NCBI GenBank assembly: GCA_965222375.1 | Contig: CBDCTZ010000008.1 | Coordinates: 96,001-160,000 of the forward strand | DNA length: 64,000 nucleotides | Direction of reading: 5' to 3' | From: Polyangiaceae bacterium | GTDB taxonomy: Bacteria > Myxococcota_A > Polyangia > Polyangiales > Polyangiaceae | Shown: piece after piece, positions 49,211 to 59,155 of the stretch | How the letters are laid out: the number at the start of each line of letters is the position of its first letter | Numbering within the stretch: position 1 is the first letter of the stretch | The notes under the pieces: model-generated | Database searches by the model: none | What the model was told of the DNA's origin: nothing | What the model saw: the letters and a program-made list of their open reading frames with translations, nothing else | Made by a program: the position numbers and the translations under genes

Positions 49211-51079
49211 ATGCGCCACACCCTGATTGCACTGTCCCTTTCTCTGGCCGTTTTCGGCTGCTCGAGCGAAGACGCGGGTCCTTCGTCGCCCCCCATCGTC
49301 GACAACGACGCTCCACTTTCGGATGTGGACGCGTTGTTCAAAGACGCCCCAGACAACACGAAGCTCGAAGAGCTCGGCAAAGCTGATGCGGTCTACCCGA
49401 AACAGTTTTTCGACCTCGTCGCCGAGCAATCCCCGGTACGCAGCCAGGCTAGCCGCGGGGTGTGCTCGATCTTCGCGACGGTGGGACTGATGGAGCACCT
49501 GTACATCAAGGAAGGGTCGACACCGGATCCCGACTTCTCGGAGCAGTACCTGCAGTGGTCTGTGAAGTCCCAGGTCGGCGCCTTCACCTACACGGAGGGC
49601 TCCAACTCCCGAAGCAACCTGGAGGCCATCAATCGATTCGGCATTCCCAGGGAAGCGGCCTGGCCGTACCAAACGACGCGATGGAACACCAGCAACGATC
49701 CGGCATGCGACGGTGGCGACAATCAGCCTGTGCAGTGTTTCACAAACGGTGAACCTCCGGATTCGGCGAAAACTGCGAAGCAGTTCTTTCTGCCCAAGGG
49801 ACGCTGGATCAACTCCAGAATCGACAGCATCAAGGCCCACATGACGTCGAAGCGTCAGGCGGCGATCGTCGGCCTGACATTTTACTACCAGTCCTGGAAC
49901 CACCGAGGCTCGAAGCTGCCCACGAGCAATGCCTTGTGGCGCAAAGGCTACGTCCCCTACCCCAACGCGAAGGACAAGACTGAGAGTTTGAAGAAGCGAG
50001 CCGGACACGCGATCTTACTCGTCGGCTGGGATGACGAGGCTGAGGTGCAACCCTTGGATGCCGAGGGGAATCCCGCCGTGGACGCCAACGGCGAGCCCAT
50101 TAAGGAGAAGGGCTTCTTCGTGTTCAAGAACTCCTGGGGCACGGCGAAGTTCGGCGTCGATAACCCCCATGGCAAGGGCTACGGCTACCTCAGCTACAAG
50201 TACGTCGAGGAAGAAGGCACGGTCTACGCGAGCAACCTGCCCAAGCTCGAGCCTCTGGTCGAAGTCTGCAACGACGGCAAGGACAACGACCATGATGGCG
50301 ACGAGGACTGTGCCGATTCGGACTGCAGCGCTGATGCAGCCTGTACCGGCACCAGCAAGACTTACTCGGCCACCCCCGGCTCCAGCATCCCCGATAACGA
50401 CACCGCCGGGATCTCGAGCGACATCACCGTCGCCGATAGTGGCACCATCTCCGCACTAAGCGTCACTGTTGACATAACGCACAGCTATCAGGGTGACCTG
50501 GTGGTCAAACTCGTGCGCCAAGGGGGCGGTGAAGTCGTGTTGCAGGAGCGCGACGGTGGCAGCGCCGACGACTTGAAGAAGACCTTCAGTGTTACGGCGT
50601 TCGACGGGCAAGACTCCGCGGGGACTTGGACTCTCGTCGTCGCGGACCGTGCTGGCGCGGACACAGGTACCCTCAACAGCTGGAAAATGGATATCAGTAC
50701 CTGTAGCGGCGCGGCCTGCGGCGGGGGAGCCCAGACCTACACGAACAGCTCGAGCCAGGGCATTCCAGACAATGATAATATGGGAGTTTCGAGCGACATC
50801 GACGTGTCGGATCCCGGCGCAATCAAGTCCCTCAACGTCAGCGTCGACATCGATCACCCGGCAAAGGGAGATCTGACCGTCAAACTTCAGAAGTTAGGTC
50901 TCACAGAGGTCACCTTGGTGGAAGCCGACGCGTCGAGCGGCGCCTTCGGAAGCCGCACCTACAGCGTCCCAACCTTCATAGGTGAGGAATCTGCGGGTAC
51001 CTGGCGCCTGGTCGTCAGCGACGTCACCGGCGGCGACAGCGGAACCCTCACGAGCTGGAGCGTGGAGATCAAACGCTGA
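49211..51079 (+). CDS. Papain-like C1 cysteine protease lipoprotein with two proprotein-convertase P domains
   Basis: QASRGVCSIFA, GHAILLVGW and KNSWG motifs; two IPDND..DITH/DIDH..GDL..GTW repeats. Confidence 0.92.
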   Translation: MRHTLIALSLSLAVFGCSSEDAGPSSPPIVDNDAPLSDVDALFKDAPDNTKLEELGKADAVYPKQFFDLVAEQSPVRSQASRGVCSIFATVGLMEHLYIKEGSTPDPDFSEQYLQWSVKSQVGAFTYTEGSNSRSNLEAINRFGIPREAAWPYQTTRWNTSNDPACDGGDNQPVQCFTNGEPPDSAKTAKQFFLPKGRWINSRIDSIKAHMTSKRQAAIVGLTFYYQSWNHRGSKLPTSNALWRKGYVPYPNAKDKTESLKKRAGHAILLVGWDDEAEVQPLDAEGNPAVDANGEPIKEKGFFVFKNSWGTAKFGVDNPHGKGYGYLSYKYVEEEGTVYASNLPKLEPLVEVCNDGKDNDHDGDEDCADSDCSADAACTGTSKTYSATPGSSIPDNDTAGISSDITVADSGTISALSVTVDITHSYQGDLVVKLVRQGGGEVVLQERDGGSADDLKKTFSVTAFDGQDSAGTWTLVVADRAGADTGTLNSWKMDISTCSGAACGGGAQTYTNSSSQGIPDNDNMGVSSDIDVSDPGAIKSLNVSVDIDHPAKGDLTVKLQKLGLTEVTLVEADASSGAFGSRTYSVPTFIGEESAGTWRLVVSDVTGGDSGTLTSWSVEIKR

Positions 51080-51135
51080 CGCCTCCCGCGGCTCGGCTGA
51101 GTCGGCTGTGGCTGGCTCTCGCATGGGCGGGAGCG

Positions 51136-51504
51136 GTGTTTGGCTGCAATGACCCGCCCGACTCGGGGGCGGCCTCGGCAAGCGCGGCCTCGGCAAGCCC
51201 AGCCTCAGCGACCACCGCACCGAGGCCGGCCCCGGAGCCGGTCGTGAAAATGCCGCGCACCCCACCGAGCTTAGAGGCGTCCGACGACGTTTGGTGCGCC
51301 CCTCGGAGCGAAGCAATTCGGCACCAGGTGCCCAACGCACCCCGAGTCAACGAATGCCCCAGTGCCGTCTCTGGCGGGCCGGGCGCACCGGCTCCTCTGC
51401 TGGGCAAGCGTGGAAACGTCGATCCGTTTCGGTCGATGACGGCGCGGGCCGAAGGCAAGACTGGCACGTGCTGCGTTCAGCTCGCTAGAGTAGCGCCCAA
51501 GTGA
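51136..51504 (+). CDS. Small Cys-containing lipoprotein
   Basis: VFGC lipobox; the hydrophobic signal continues in frame upstream, so the true start is probably earlier. Confidence 0.55.
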   Translation: MFGCNDPPDSGAASASAASASPASATTAPRPAPEPVVKMPRTPPSLEASDDVWCAPRSEAIRHQVPNAPRVNECPSAVSGGPGAPAPLLGKRGNVDPFRSMTARAEGKTGTCCVQLARVAPK

Positions 51505-52382
51505 CTGCTACTCCCCAAACCCATCGCTTGCCCGTCGGCAGCGGCCTCGAACTGAACGTCCTGGAATGGAGCGCTCCGACTCCCGGTGCACCCACTCTGC
51601 TATTGCTTCACGGATTCCTGGATACCGCATGGACCTGGGAGGCGGTTGTGGATGCCGGGCTATCGCAGCACTTTCACATCGTCGCGCCCGACCTGCGCGG
51701 CCATGGCGATAGCGACCGAGTCGGCCCTGGCGGCTACTACCACTTCTTCGACTATCTGCCCGACATTGCGGGATTGGTGGACCGACTGTCCTCCGCTCGA
51801 CTCAATCTCGTTGGCCACTCCATGGGCGGCACCATCGCGAGCTACTTCGCGGGTACGTTTCCGGATCGGGTGCAGCGGCTGGCGCTACTGGAAGGCATCG
51901 GTCCCCCGGTGGACGATACGGAGGTGCCGGATCGCGTGCGGGCCTGGATCGGCACCTGGACGCGTCGCCGGCAAGACTCGCCACGGCGCCACCCCAGCAT
52001 ACTGGTCGCAGCCGAACGGCTGATAGCGTCGGATGAGCTGCTTTCCGAGGCTCGCGCTCTGCGCCTGGCCGAAGTCGGCACTCGAGATCCGGGGGACGGT
52101 AGTCGACAATTCAAGCACGATCTTGTGCACCTGACCCGTGGCCCCTACCCGTTTCGCGTGGATGTCGCGGAGTCCTTCTGGCGCCGGGTCAGCTGTCCAG
52201 TGCTATTCGTGGATGGCGCGCGTTCGAGCTATCGCGCCCTTGGCCCCGAGATCGATCGCCGACTAGCCTGCTTCAAGAACGTGGAGCGCGTGACCCTCCC
52301 CCGCGCTGGTCACATGCTCCAGAGGCACGAACCGGAGCGACTCGCTGCAGTGCTCGACAAGTTCCTCCGCGCGCTCGAGTGA
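51501..52382 (+). CDS. Alpha/beta hydrolase
   Basis: LHGFLD, DLRGHGDS, GHSMGG and AGHM motifs. Confidence 0.93.
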   Translation: MTATPQTHRLPVGSGLELNVLEWSAPTPGAPTLLLLHGFLDTAWTWEAVVDAGLSQHFHIVAPDLRGHGDSDRVGPGGYYHFFDYLPDIAGLVDRLSSARLNLVGHSMGGTIASYFAGTFPDRVQRLALLEGIGPPVDDTEVPDRVRAWIGTWTRRRQDSPRRHPSILVAAERLIASDELLSEARALRLAEVGTRDPGDGSRQFKHDLVHLTRGPYPFRVDVAESFWRRVSCPVLFVDGARSSYRALGPEIDRRLACFKNVERVTLPRAGHMLQRHEPERLAAVLDKFLRALE

Positions 52383-52405
52383 GCGCTTTCAAAAAAGGCA
52401 GCGAG

Positions 52406-53056
52406 TTAGCCTTCAACGCTGAAGCTTTGGCGCGCGAGTACCTCGCCGTCACCGGTGCGTACGACTGCATTCCACTCCCCCGCTGCCGTAACGTGACTAG
52501 TGCGCGCCCAGGTCCGCCAGCGTGAGCTGTTTTGCGGGATCTCGAGCTTCACGAATCCAACCTTTTTGCCGGAGGCATGCTCGAAGGTCACGACGATCTT
52601 CTGGACATCAGCCATGGAATTCTGAGCTTCGATGAAGGCCACCACTGGACCCGCGCCAGTTTGAAAGCCGGACACTTGAGCGGGTTCCCGATTCTCGATT
52701 GCGTTGGTCAAGACCAGTCGCTTGACGATCAGCCCGTCCTTCGCCGCGGCCGGGGATGTCTTGGCTCGAGCCACGCCGGCGGGTTTCGCAGCCGAAGGCG
52801 GGGCCTGGGTGCTGTTGTCGGTGATCTTCTGAACCGTCGGAACCGTCGCCGGAGCGGCGCCCTTCGCGAGTGGCGAGCTGGGCATGCGCGCGCCTTCCTT
52901 ATTGTCGTTGGTCGCGCCCTTTGCGGCTCGCGACTGCTCCGCGGTAACGTCGCTCTTGCGCTCGCAGCCCAGGTTGACCAGGCCCACGCCCAGGGCCATG
53001 GCGGCCAACACGAGGGCGCTGAGTGCGGTCACGCGGGTGGTTCGTTCGATGCTCAT
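52406..53056 (-). CDS. DUF2914-like domain lipoprotein
   Basis: IENREP, RWRTWA and GEW.AVV motifs after an Ala/Pro linker. Confidence 0.75.
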   Translation of the reverse strand: MSIERTTRVTALSALVLAAMALGVGLVNLGCERKSDVTAEQSRAAKGATNDNKEGARMPSSPLAKGAAPATVPTVQKITDNSTQAPPSAAKPAGVARAKTSPAAAKDGLIVKRLVLTNAIENREPAQVSGFQTGAGPVVAFIEAQNSMADVQKIVVTFEHASGKKVGFVKLEIPQNSSRWRTWARTSHVTAAGEWNAVVRTGDGEVLARQSFSVEG

Positions 53057-53255
53057 CTTGGGTCCTCCTGCCGGGGCTATCCGGTCCCGACATTCACGTT
53101 AAGGAGCAAGGCCCAGGCCAGCCAACTTTCCCGCAGAATGCAGCACTTACATAAACCCGAACGTGTGTGTCTCCCCACAACCGGGTGTCCTATCTGCCGC
53201 AGATGTCGGGCTCGATTTGCACTCGCTGCGGTCTCGTGGGAGGTTTCTCAGCGTT

Positions 53256-53663
53256 ATGCGGCCGCCGCACGGAACCACCCCAGCCTCTCGCGCATTCGCC
53301 GTGTGCGTGGCGGCGCTTTTGGGGGTCGGCCAGCTGTTCGCGTTGGGCCACTTAGTGCTCGTCCAGCACACGGCGTGTGCGGAGCACGGCGACGTGCACC
53401 ATGGCGAAGGTACGGACGCGGAGTCAGAGCCCGCGGTCGAGGGCCATGTCGCCGCGGTCTCCGACAGCGAAGCGAGCATTGACGACCATGACCACTGCGA
53501 CGGGTGGGTACGCGTTGACGAGAAGTGCCTGAGCTTCTCGGCGGCCTTCGAGCTCGCGACGCTGTCTCGTCAGCTGGCTACAAGCGGCGTCCTGGGGGCG
53601 GATGCCGCCCCGCCGATCGCGCTACTCGCCGTAGCCCCCAAGCTTCCGCCGCCGTCAGTCTGA
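53256..53663 (+). CDS. His/Cys-rich leader protein (DUF2946-like) with Pro-rich C-terminus
   Basis: Hydrophobic N-terminus, HTACAEHGDVHH, DDHDHC and terminal APKLPPPSV; GGGAGG upstream. Confidence 0.75.
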   Translation: MRPPHGTTPASRAFAVCVAALLGVGQLFALGHLVLVQHTACAEHGDVHHGEGTDAESEPAVEGHVAAVSDSEASIDDHDHCDGWVRVDEKCLSFSAAFELATLSRQLATSGVLGADAAPPIALLAVAPKLPPPSV

Positions 53664-53822
53664 CCGAGGTCTGTCTCGAGCTTCCGCGCGGCTGCTATCC
53701 AGCACCCGCGTTGTGGAGCCATTACGAGAGCCATCCCTTGGTCCTGGTCCGCCTATTGGAGCAACCGCTCGCGCGTACCCCTTCACGCGTGAGCCTCTGG
53801 AGCGAGCCCGCGTGACTGATCC

Positions 53823-55061
53823 ATGCGACTTCCACTCATTGCAGTGCCACTTCTTGTACTAGCGGCCAGCACCCAACCGGTGCTTGCGGCGGATGACGAC
53901 GTATTCGACGAACTCGTCCGCGATCTCGAAGACGAGGAGTCGAGCCCGAGCCAGCCACCGTCCGCAGAGCCCGAACCTCAACCCGCCGCAACTGCGGCTG
54001 CGAGCACTCCTTCGGCACTCAATCCCGAGATCAGTGTCGTGACAGATTTTGCACTCGCATGGTTTTCCGAAGATGAGAATCTGCAGACGGGCGCTCACGA
54101 CCCAACCGAGAGCGGCTTCAACTTCCAGCAGCTCGAGTTGTCCATTCGCGCGCCGGTCGACCCCTATCTCCGATTCGACGCATTCATCGTATTCGGCTTG
54201 TTCGGTGTCGAGGTGGAGGAGGCCTACGGCACCACTCTCGACCTTCCTGGGGGCTTCCAGGCACGATTCGGCCAGTTCTTGACTCGATTCGGTCGGATCA
54301 ACGCCACTCATCCCCATAGCTGGGATTTCGCCGATCAACCCTTCGCCCTTGGGCGCGTATTCGGCGCCGAAGCCAATCGCGGCTTGGGTGTGGAACTCTC
54401 GGCTCTGCTGCCAACGCCGTGGTTCGTCGAAGCCGTAGCGTCCTTGACCACTGCGACCGGCGAAGCATCCAATCGAAGCTTCCTGGCCGCAGCCCCCCGA
54501 AGGGTTGAGGGGCCGCAAGACCTGCTAGCGGTTACGGCGCTCAAGCAGTTCTTCAACGTCACGGACGCGTGGTCACTGCTTTGGGGAGTGTCTGCTGCGT
54601 TTGGCCCCAATGCCACCGGGCGCAACAATCGAACCGAGGTCTACGGCTCGGACCTGTTTCTCAAGTTCCGCCCACTCACGCGTGGAAGCTTCACGCAAGT
54701 GCGCGCGCAAACGGAGGTCTTCTACCGCCGCCGTCAAGTGCCGGAGGACGTACTGTGGGACGTCAGCGGGTATTCTCAAGTCGCGGTCCGCTTTGCTCGG
54801 CGTTGGGAGAGCGCGGCGCGCTACGAATACGGTTCTACGCCCTTCAGCATGGAGGGACGGCCCACCATGGATGCCCTCGATCCCGAGTGGACGGATGCCC
54901 GCCACCGGCTGTCGGCTTCCCTGTCGCACTATCCCACCGAGTTCTCGCGGTTTCGGCTGCAGTCTGCGGCGGACCTGCCTGGATACCGCCCCGAACCCAT
55001 CTACAGCGCTTTTCTGACGGCAGAACTCGTCGTTGGCGCGCACGGATCCCACGCCTTTTGA
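53823..55061 (+). CDS. Zn-uptake-associated outer membrane beta-barrel protein
   Basis: Signal peptide, LNPEIS, HDP, VDPY, FGRIN..HPH and C-terminal GAHGSHAF. Confidence 0.85.
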   Translation: MRLPLIAVPLLVLAASTQPVLAADDDVFDELVRDLEDEESSPSQPPSAEPEPQPAATAAASTPSALNPEISVVTDFALAWFSEDENLQTGAHDPTESGFNFQQLELSIRAPVDPYLRFDAFIVFGLFGVEVEEAYGTTLDLPGGFQARFGQFLTRFGRINATHPHSWDFADQPFALGRVFGAEANRGLGVELSALLPTPWFVEAVASLTTATGEASNRSFLAAAPRRVEGPQDLLAVTALKQFFNVTDAWSLLWGVSAAFGPNATGRNNRTEVYGSDLFLKFRPLTRGSFTQVRAQTEVFYRRRQVPEDVLWDVSGYSQVAVRFARRWESAARYEYGSTPFSMEGRPTMDALDPEWTDARHRLSASLSHYPTEFSRFRLQSAADLPGYRPEPIYSAFLTAELVVGAHGSHAF

Positions 55062-55071
55062 GGAACCAATC

Positions 55072-55980
55072 ATGAAACGACTTCTCACCTTGTTCGCTTT
55101 CGTCGGCCTGCTGCTCTTCACATCCAAAGCGGCAGCCAAGCTCGCGATTGTCGCCACCACGGCCGACTTGGCGGCATTGGCCGCTCAGATCGGGGGCAAG
55201 CACGTCGAGGTCACGGCGCTCGCTCTCCACACCCAGGATCCCCACTTCGTCGACGCCAGACCTCACTTGGCCCTCAAGCTGGCGAATGCGGATCTGCTGT
55301 TGGCCGTGGGGCGCGACTTGGAAGTCGGCTGGCTGCCTACGCTGCAGGTCGGCTCTCGCAACGGCAAGATTCAGAATGGCTCTGCGGGGTACCTCGATTG
55401 CTCTCAATTCGTGAAGATCCGAGGGCGACCCAAGGGCAAGGTTGATCGCTCCAAGGGCGACGTTCACCCAGGTGGCAATCCTCACTATCTTTTCGATCCG
55501 CGCCAGGCTGCCCGGGTTGCGAAGGGAATCGCCCAAAGGCTTGCTAGGCTCGATCCCGCTCACGCCGCCCACTACAAGAAGAACGCCATTGCTCTGATCA
55601 AGTCTCTGGGGCGTGCCACAAGAGCAGCGGAGAAACGCCTATCCAGACTTCGCGGCTCAAAAGTCATCGCGTATCACAAGTCATTCCCATACCTTGCGAA
55701 TTGGCTCGGGTTTTCCATCGTCGAGCATGTCGAGCCCAAGCCCGGCATCCCCCCTAATCCTCACCACGTCGCTCGCGTGATGAAGCTCGCGAAGCGCGCA
55801 GGGGTGAAGCTGATCCTGCAGGAGTCGTTCTACCCCGCGAAGATCACCAAAATGATCGCGAAAAAGACGGGAACACGATTGGTGCGCATCGAGGCAGCGC
55901 CACACTTCAAGGCGGGGGAAACCTACGAGGCGCACATGAACAACATCGTCCGCGCGCTCGTCAAGGCTTCCAAGAAATGA
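55072..55980 (+). CDS. Zn/Mn ABC transporter substrate-binding protein (ZnuA-like)
   Basis: QDPHF, DVHPGGNPHY, YHKSFPY and EPKPGIPP motifs. Confidence 0.92.
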   Translation: MKRLLTLFAFVGLLLFTSKAAAKLAIVATTADLAALAAQIGGKHVEVTALALHTQDPHFVDARPHLALKLANADLLLAVGRDLEVGWLPTLQVGSRNGKIQNGSAGYLDCSQFVKIRGRPKGKVDRSKGDVHPGGNPHYLFDPRQAARVAKGIAQRLARLDPAHAAHYKKNAIALIKSLGRATRAAEKRLSRLRGSKVIAYHKSFPYLANWLGFSIVEHVEPKPGIPPNPHHVARVMKLAKRAGVKLILQESFYPAKITKMIAKKTGTRLVRIEAAPHFKAGETYEAHMNNIVRALVKASKK

Positions 55981-56795
55981 AGTTGCGTCGAGCCGCGTGC
56001 GCAGTTCTCACTCTGGTCAGTGCGGGCTGCACCGTCGAGCCAGGAGGCGGCTACGCAAGCGTTGAGGCCGCGCGGCTCGACATCCACTTCGAACCTGGTG
56101 CCGCCAGAGATCTGGGAACCAACGTGTTCCTGACCGACCAGGGGTTTGCCGTGGATTTGAAACGCTTCGAGTTCACCGCAGACACCCTGGGCTTGGAGGA
56201 GCTGGTCACAAGTGGAGGCTCCACCAGCTCGAGCACCTTTGACCCGGCAGAGCCGCCTCCAGGCTACTCCTTCTGCCACGGAGGGCACTGCCACGCCGAC
56301 GATGGCAGGCTGGTTTCCTACGCCGAAGTCGAAGCCGAGCTGGCTGGAGGCAGCGCACAACTCGTTCCCGTCGTCAGCTTTGCCCTACCCGGTAGCATCG
56401 ATGCACTTTCGGCGAGCGCCATTGACTTGCCAAGACCAGACCCGAGCCCGGAGCTGCCGCGCAGCCACCTGAGGCAGGGCGCATTGCGTCTCACGGCTTT
56501 CGAGCTCGAAGCGCTAGTGACTCGCCCGGGGACCACCGGCGCGCGCACCCTGAAGATAATGCTGAACTCCATCCCGCTCTGGACCCACGGGCTGGATCTC
56601 GTCATCGATCGCGATGGCCCTGAGTCTCTGCGCGTCGAGGCTCGACTCGCCCTCGATGGCACTTTGCTCGATGATCTTGACCTGTCCGGCCCAACGTCAA
56701 CGACCGATCCAGACGCAATCACATCCCCCAGCGATCCTCGTGCGACCCAGGTGATCGAAAACCTGGCCGCCATGACGTTTTCCTTATCGCTCTGA
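55977..56795 (+). CDS. Hypothetical lipoprotein with CHGGHCH motif
   Basis: Lipobox SAGC; PPPGYSFCHGGHCHADDG; ATGA overlap. Confidence 0.8.
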   Translation: MKLRRAACAVLTLVSAGCTVEPGGGYASVEAARLDIHFEPGAARDLGTNVFLTDQGFAVDLKRFEFTADTLGLEELVTSGGSTSSSTFDPAEPPPGYSFCHGGHCHADDGRLVSYAEVEAELAGGSAQLVPVVSFALPGSIDALSASAIDLPRPDPSPELPRSHLRQGALRLTAFELEALVTRPGTTGARTLKIMLNSIPLWTHGLDLVIDRDGPESLRVEARLALDGTLLDDLDLSGPTSTTDPDAITSPSDPRATQVIENLAAMTFSLSL

Positions 56796-56816
56796 ACCCC
56801 AGAAAGGACCTGAACA

Positions 56817-57296
56817 GTGCAAGCACACACCGTGGCTATCCTCTCGATTCTACTAGTGACTGCATGCAGCAGCGATGACACCACTGAGCCCACTGCTGGC
56901 TCGGATCCTGCCGCTCTGGCCTGCAGCAAGGTCGCGGAGCCCGGGGCAGCCGTCACGCCAGGGGCGGACCGCGCCAGTGCGCCGGTGATCAGTCCCGGAG
57001 ACGCGCCGGTCACCGTCACGCTGAGCCCGTCAGCAGAGGGTTACCTGCGCATCGATGGCCCGGAGGACCTCTTGCTCTTCTCCGAGCTTAGTGGCGTCGT
57101 GACGGGCCTGTTTCAAGATCAGGAGACGTCGGACATGCTGCCTCAGAAGAGCCCGAACAGCGATTGTCCAACAGACATTCTCGAGCACTACGACCTCGAG
57201 CTCGAAAGCGCGGGCCCGTGGTACGTTCGCGTGGGGCCCTCGACCGTCGACAAGGCTTGGTTGATGCTCACCGAAGCGTCAGGGCACGGACACTGA
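56817..57296 (+). CDS. Hypothetical lipoprotein with C-terminal GHGH
   Basis: Lipobox VTAC; AAGGA RBS. Confidence 0.75.
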   Translation: MQAHTVAILSILLVTACSSDDTTEPTAGSDPAALACSKVAEPGAAVTPGADRASAPVISPGDAPVTVTLSPSAEGYLRIDGPEDLLLFSELSGVVTGLFQDQETSDMLPQKSPNSDCPTDILEHYDLELESAGPWYVRVGPSTVDKAWLMLTEASGHGH

Positions 57297-57320
57297 GCCG
57301 CATCCAGAGGAGCAGTCGTA

Positions 57321-58058
57321 TTGAGCTCAGAGCGTCCCCTGTTGAAGTGCACTGCCCTCGAAGTCGGCTTCGAGGGCCAAGCAATCCTGCCCCCTATCGA
57401 TCTGCAAATTGACTCTGGGCAGCTCTGGGCCGTGGTCGGCCGCAACGGTTCCGGGAAAACGACTTGGCTACGGACTCTACTGGGACTCCTCCCACCCGTG
57501 GCTGGCAGCGTTGATGCCCTGAGTGCCGATCTCAGGCTCTCCTACCTGCCACAACGGAAAGTCATCGACGAGCTCTACCCGCTGCTGGCGCGAGATGTCG
57601 TTCGTATGGGTTTGGAGCGCCGGTGGTCATTTCTCCGACCCTACTTCATGAGAGAAACGCCGGAGGTCAGCCGGGCGCTCAAGGAGATGGGAGTGGAGGA
57701 CCTCGGCAGCGTCCCGTATCGCCGACTCTCCGAGGGTCAGAAACAGCGCGTGCTATTCGCGCGCCTGAGCGTTAGTAGGGCAGACATAGCCGTCCTCGAC
57801 GAACCAACCAGTGCTATGGACCAAGTTGCGGAAGGCGAGGCGTTCGAGTTGCTAGATGGTCTGCGGCGACGACGTGGCCTGTCCATCATCGTGGTCAGCC
57901 ACTATCTCGGAATGGTCAAGCGTTATGCGGACCACGCGGTGCTCTTGGACCGCGACTCGCAGAACGTGGTTACAGGAGAGCCGGACGTCGTTTTCCAACA
58001 CAAGGCGTTTCAGGCTCGTTTTTCCGAGCGCCCCCCACCTGTCGGGGAGGCGATCTAA
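57321..58058 (+). CDS. Metal ABC transporter ATP-binding protein (ZnuC-like)
   Basis: GRNGSGKTT, YLPQ, LSEGQKQR, LDEPT and VSH motifs. Confidence 0.92.
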   Translation: MSSERPLLKCTALEVGFEGQAILPPIDLQIDSGQLWAVVGRNGSGKTTWLRTLLGLLPPVAGSVDALSADLRLSYLPQRKVIDELYPLLARDVVRMGLERRWSFLRPYFMRETPEVSRALKEMGVEDLGSVPYRRLSEGQKQRVLFARLSVSRADIAVLDEPTSAMDQVAEGEAFELLDGLRRRRGLSIIVVSHYLGMVKRYADHAVLLDRDSQNVVTGEPDVVFQHKAFQARFSERPPPVGEAI

Positions 58059-59116
58059 TGCCCGACGCAGGAGCAGCGCCGTCGAGCTTGTTCGAAGAGG
58101 GCGAGATCGAGGATGCGTTCGGCTCGGACCTAGGTGACGGGCCTGGTTCAGAGGGTGCTCGAAACCCGGCAGCGCCATCAGCCAGTTCGGTATCTCCACG
58201 TCTGTCGCCGGGCACCACGCAACCGGACAAAGCCCCCACGTTCGCCGAATTTCGAGAGGGGTTCAGCATGGGTCTCTACCGAGATCCCGTTGTCGTGGGA
58301 GTGTTTGCTGGGGCCGTACTCGGCATTCTCGGCGTCTATGTCGTTCTGCGCCGCGCGATCTTTGTGACTGCGGCGGTCACACAGGCGGCAGGCCTGGGCG
58401 TGGCCATCGCCTTCCTCCTCGAAATTCACGCAGGGGTCCACACACCGCCTGTCGTCGGCGCCATCGTCTTGAGCCTGATCGCAACCGGCGTGCTGAGTGT
58501 GCGCACCGAGCGGATTCGTCTTCCTCGTGAAACGCTGGTCGGGCTCACATACCTCGCGGCAAGTGCCGCGGCGGTCTTGGTTGGCGACCGAATCACCCAA
58601 GACGCACACGACATCACGGCGATTCTCTTCGGGACCGCCGTACTCGTTCGAACCGAAGATCTTACCCTGGTGCTAACCGTCGGCATCGCCGTGCTGGGCT
58701 TGACGTTCCTGTTCCACCGCGCGTTTCTGTTCGCCGGCTTTGATCCCGACGGCGCCCGAGTGCATCGATTGCCGGTGCGGCTGGTCGAGCTGTTGCTCTG
58801 GATTCTCGTTGCACTTCAAGCCGCCGTCGCGACCAGGGCCATCGGCGCCCTGCCCGTGTTCGCTTTCGCTGTGCTCCCAGCCATGGCCGCCTTGGCCTTG
58901 GTGGAGCGGGTACGTGGGGCGGTCGTGGCGGCCGCCCTGATTGGAGCGGCGTCGGGGGGCCTGGGCTACCTATTTGCGTTCTTCTACGAATTCCCAGTGG
59001 GCGCGTCTCAGGCACTCACCGCAACGGCCATTCTGCTTGTGTGCCTACTGGCGGCCCGCTTCAAACAGGGCGTCGACACCTCGGCCGGCCGCACGGCCTC
59101 GGCAAATAAGCATTGA
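58058..59116 (+). CDS. Metal ABC transporter permease (ZnuB-like)
   Basis: GVYVVLRR, ILFG, FDPDGA and PVGA motifs; multiple TMs. Confidence 0.9.
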   Translation: MPDAGAAPSSLFEEGEIEDAFGSDLGDGPGSEGARNPAAPSASSVSPRLSPGTTQPDKAPTFAEFREGFSMGLYRDPVVVGVFAGAVLGILGVYVVLRRAIFVTAAVTQAAGLGVAIAFLLEIHAGVHTPPVVGAIVLSLIATGVLSVRTERIRLPRETLVGLTYLAASAAAVLVGDRITQDAHDITAILFGTAVLVRTEDLTLVLTVGIAVLGLTFLFHRAFLFAGFDPDGARVHRLPVRLVELLLWILVALQAAVATRAIGALPVFAFAVLPAMAALALVERVRGAVVAAALIGAASGGLGYLFAFFYEFPVGASQALTATAILLVCLLAARFKQGVDTSAGRTASANKH

Positions 59117-59155
59117 AAAATGCGGGCTTCGTGTACACTGCGCGGCGCTATGTGC

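Noticed and set aside
53138..53152. Zur/Fur box (ATGCAGCACTTACAT) upstream of the metal operon
   Set aside because: Only weak dyad symmetry; not supportable
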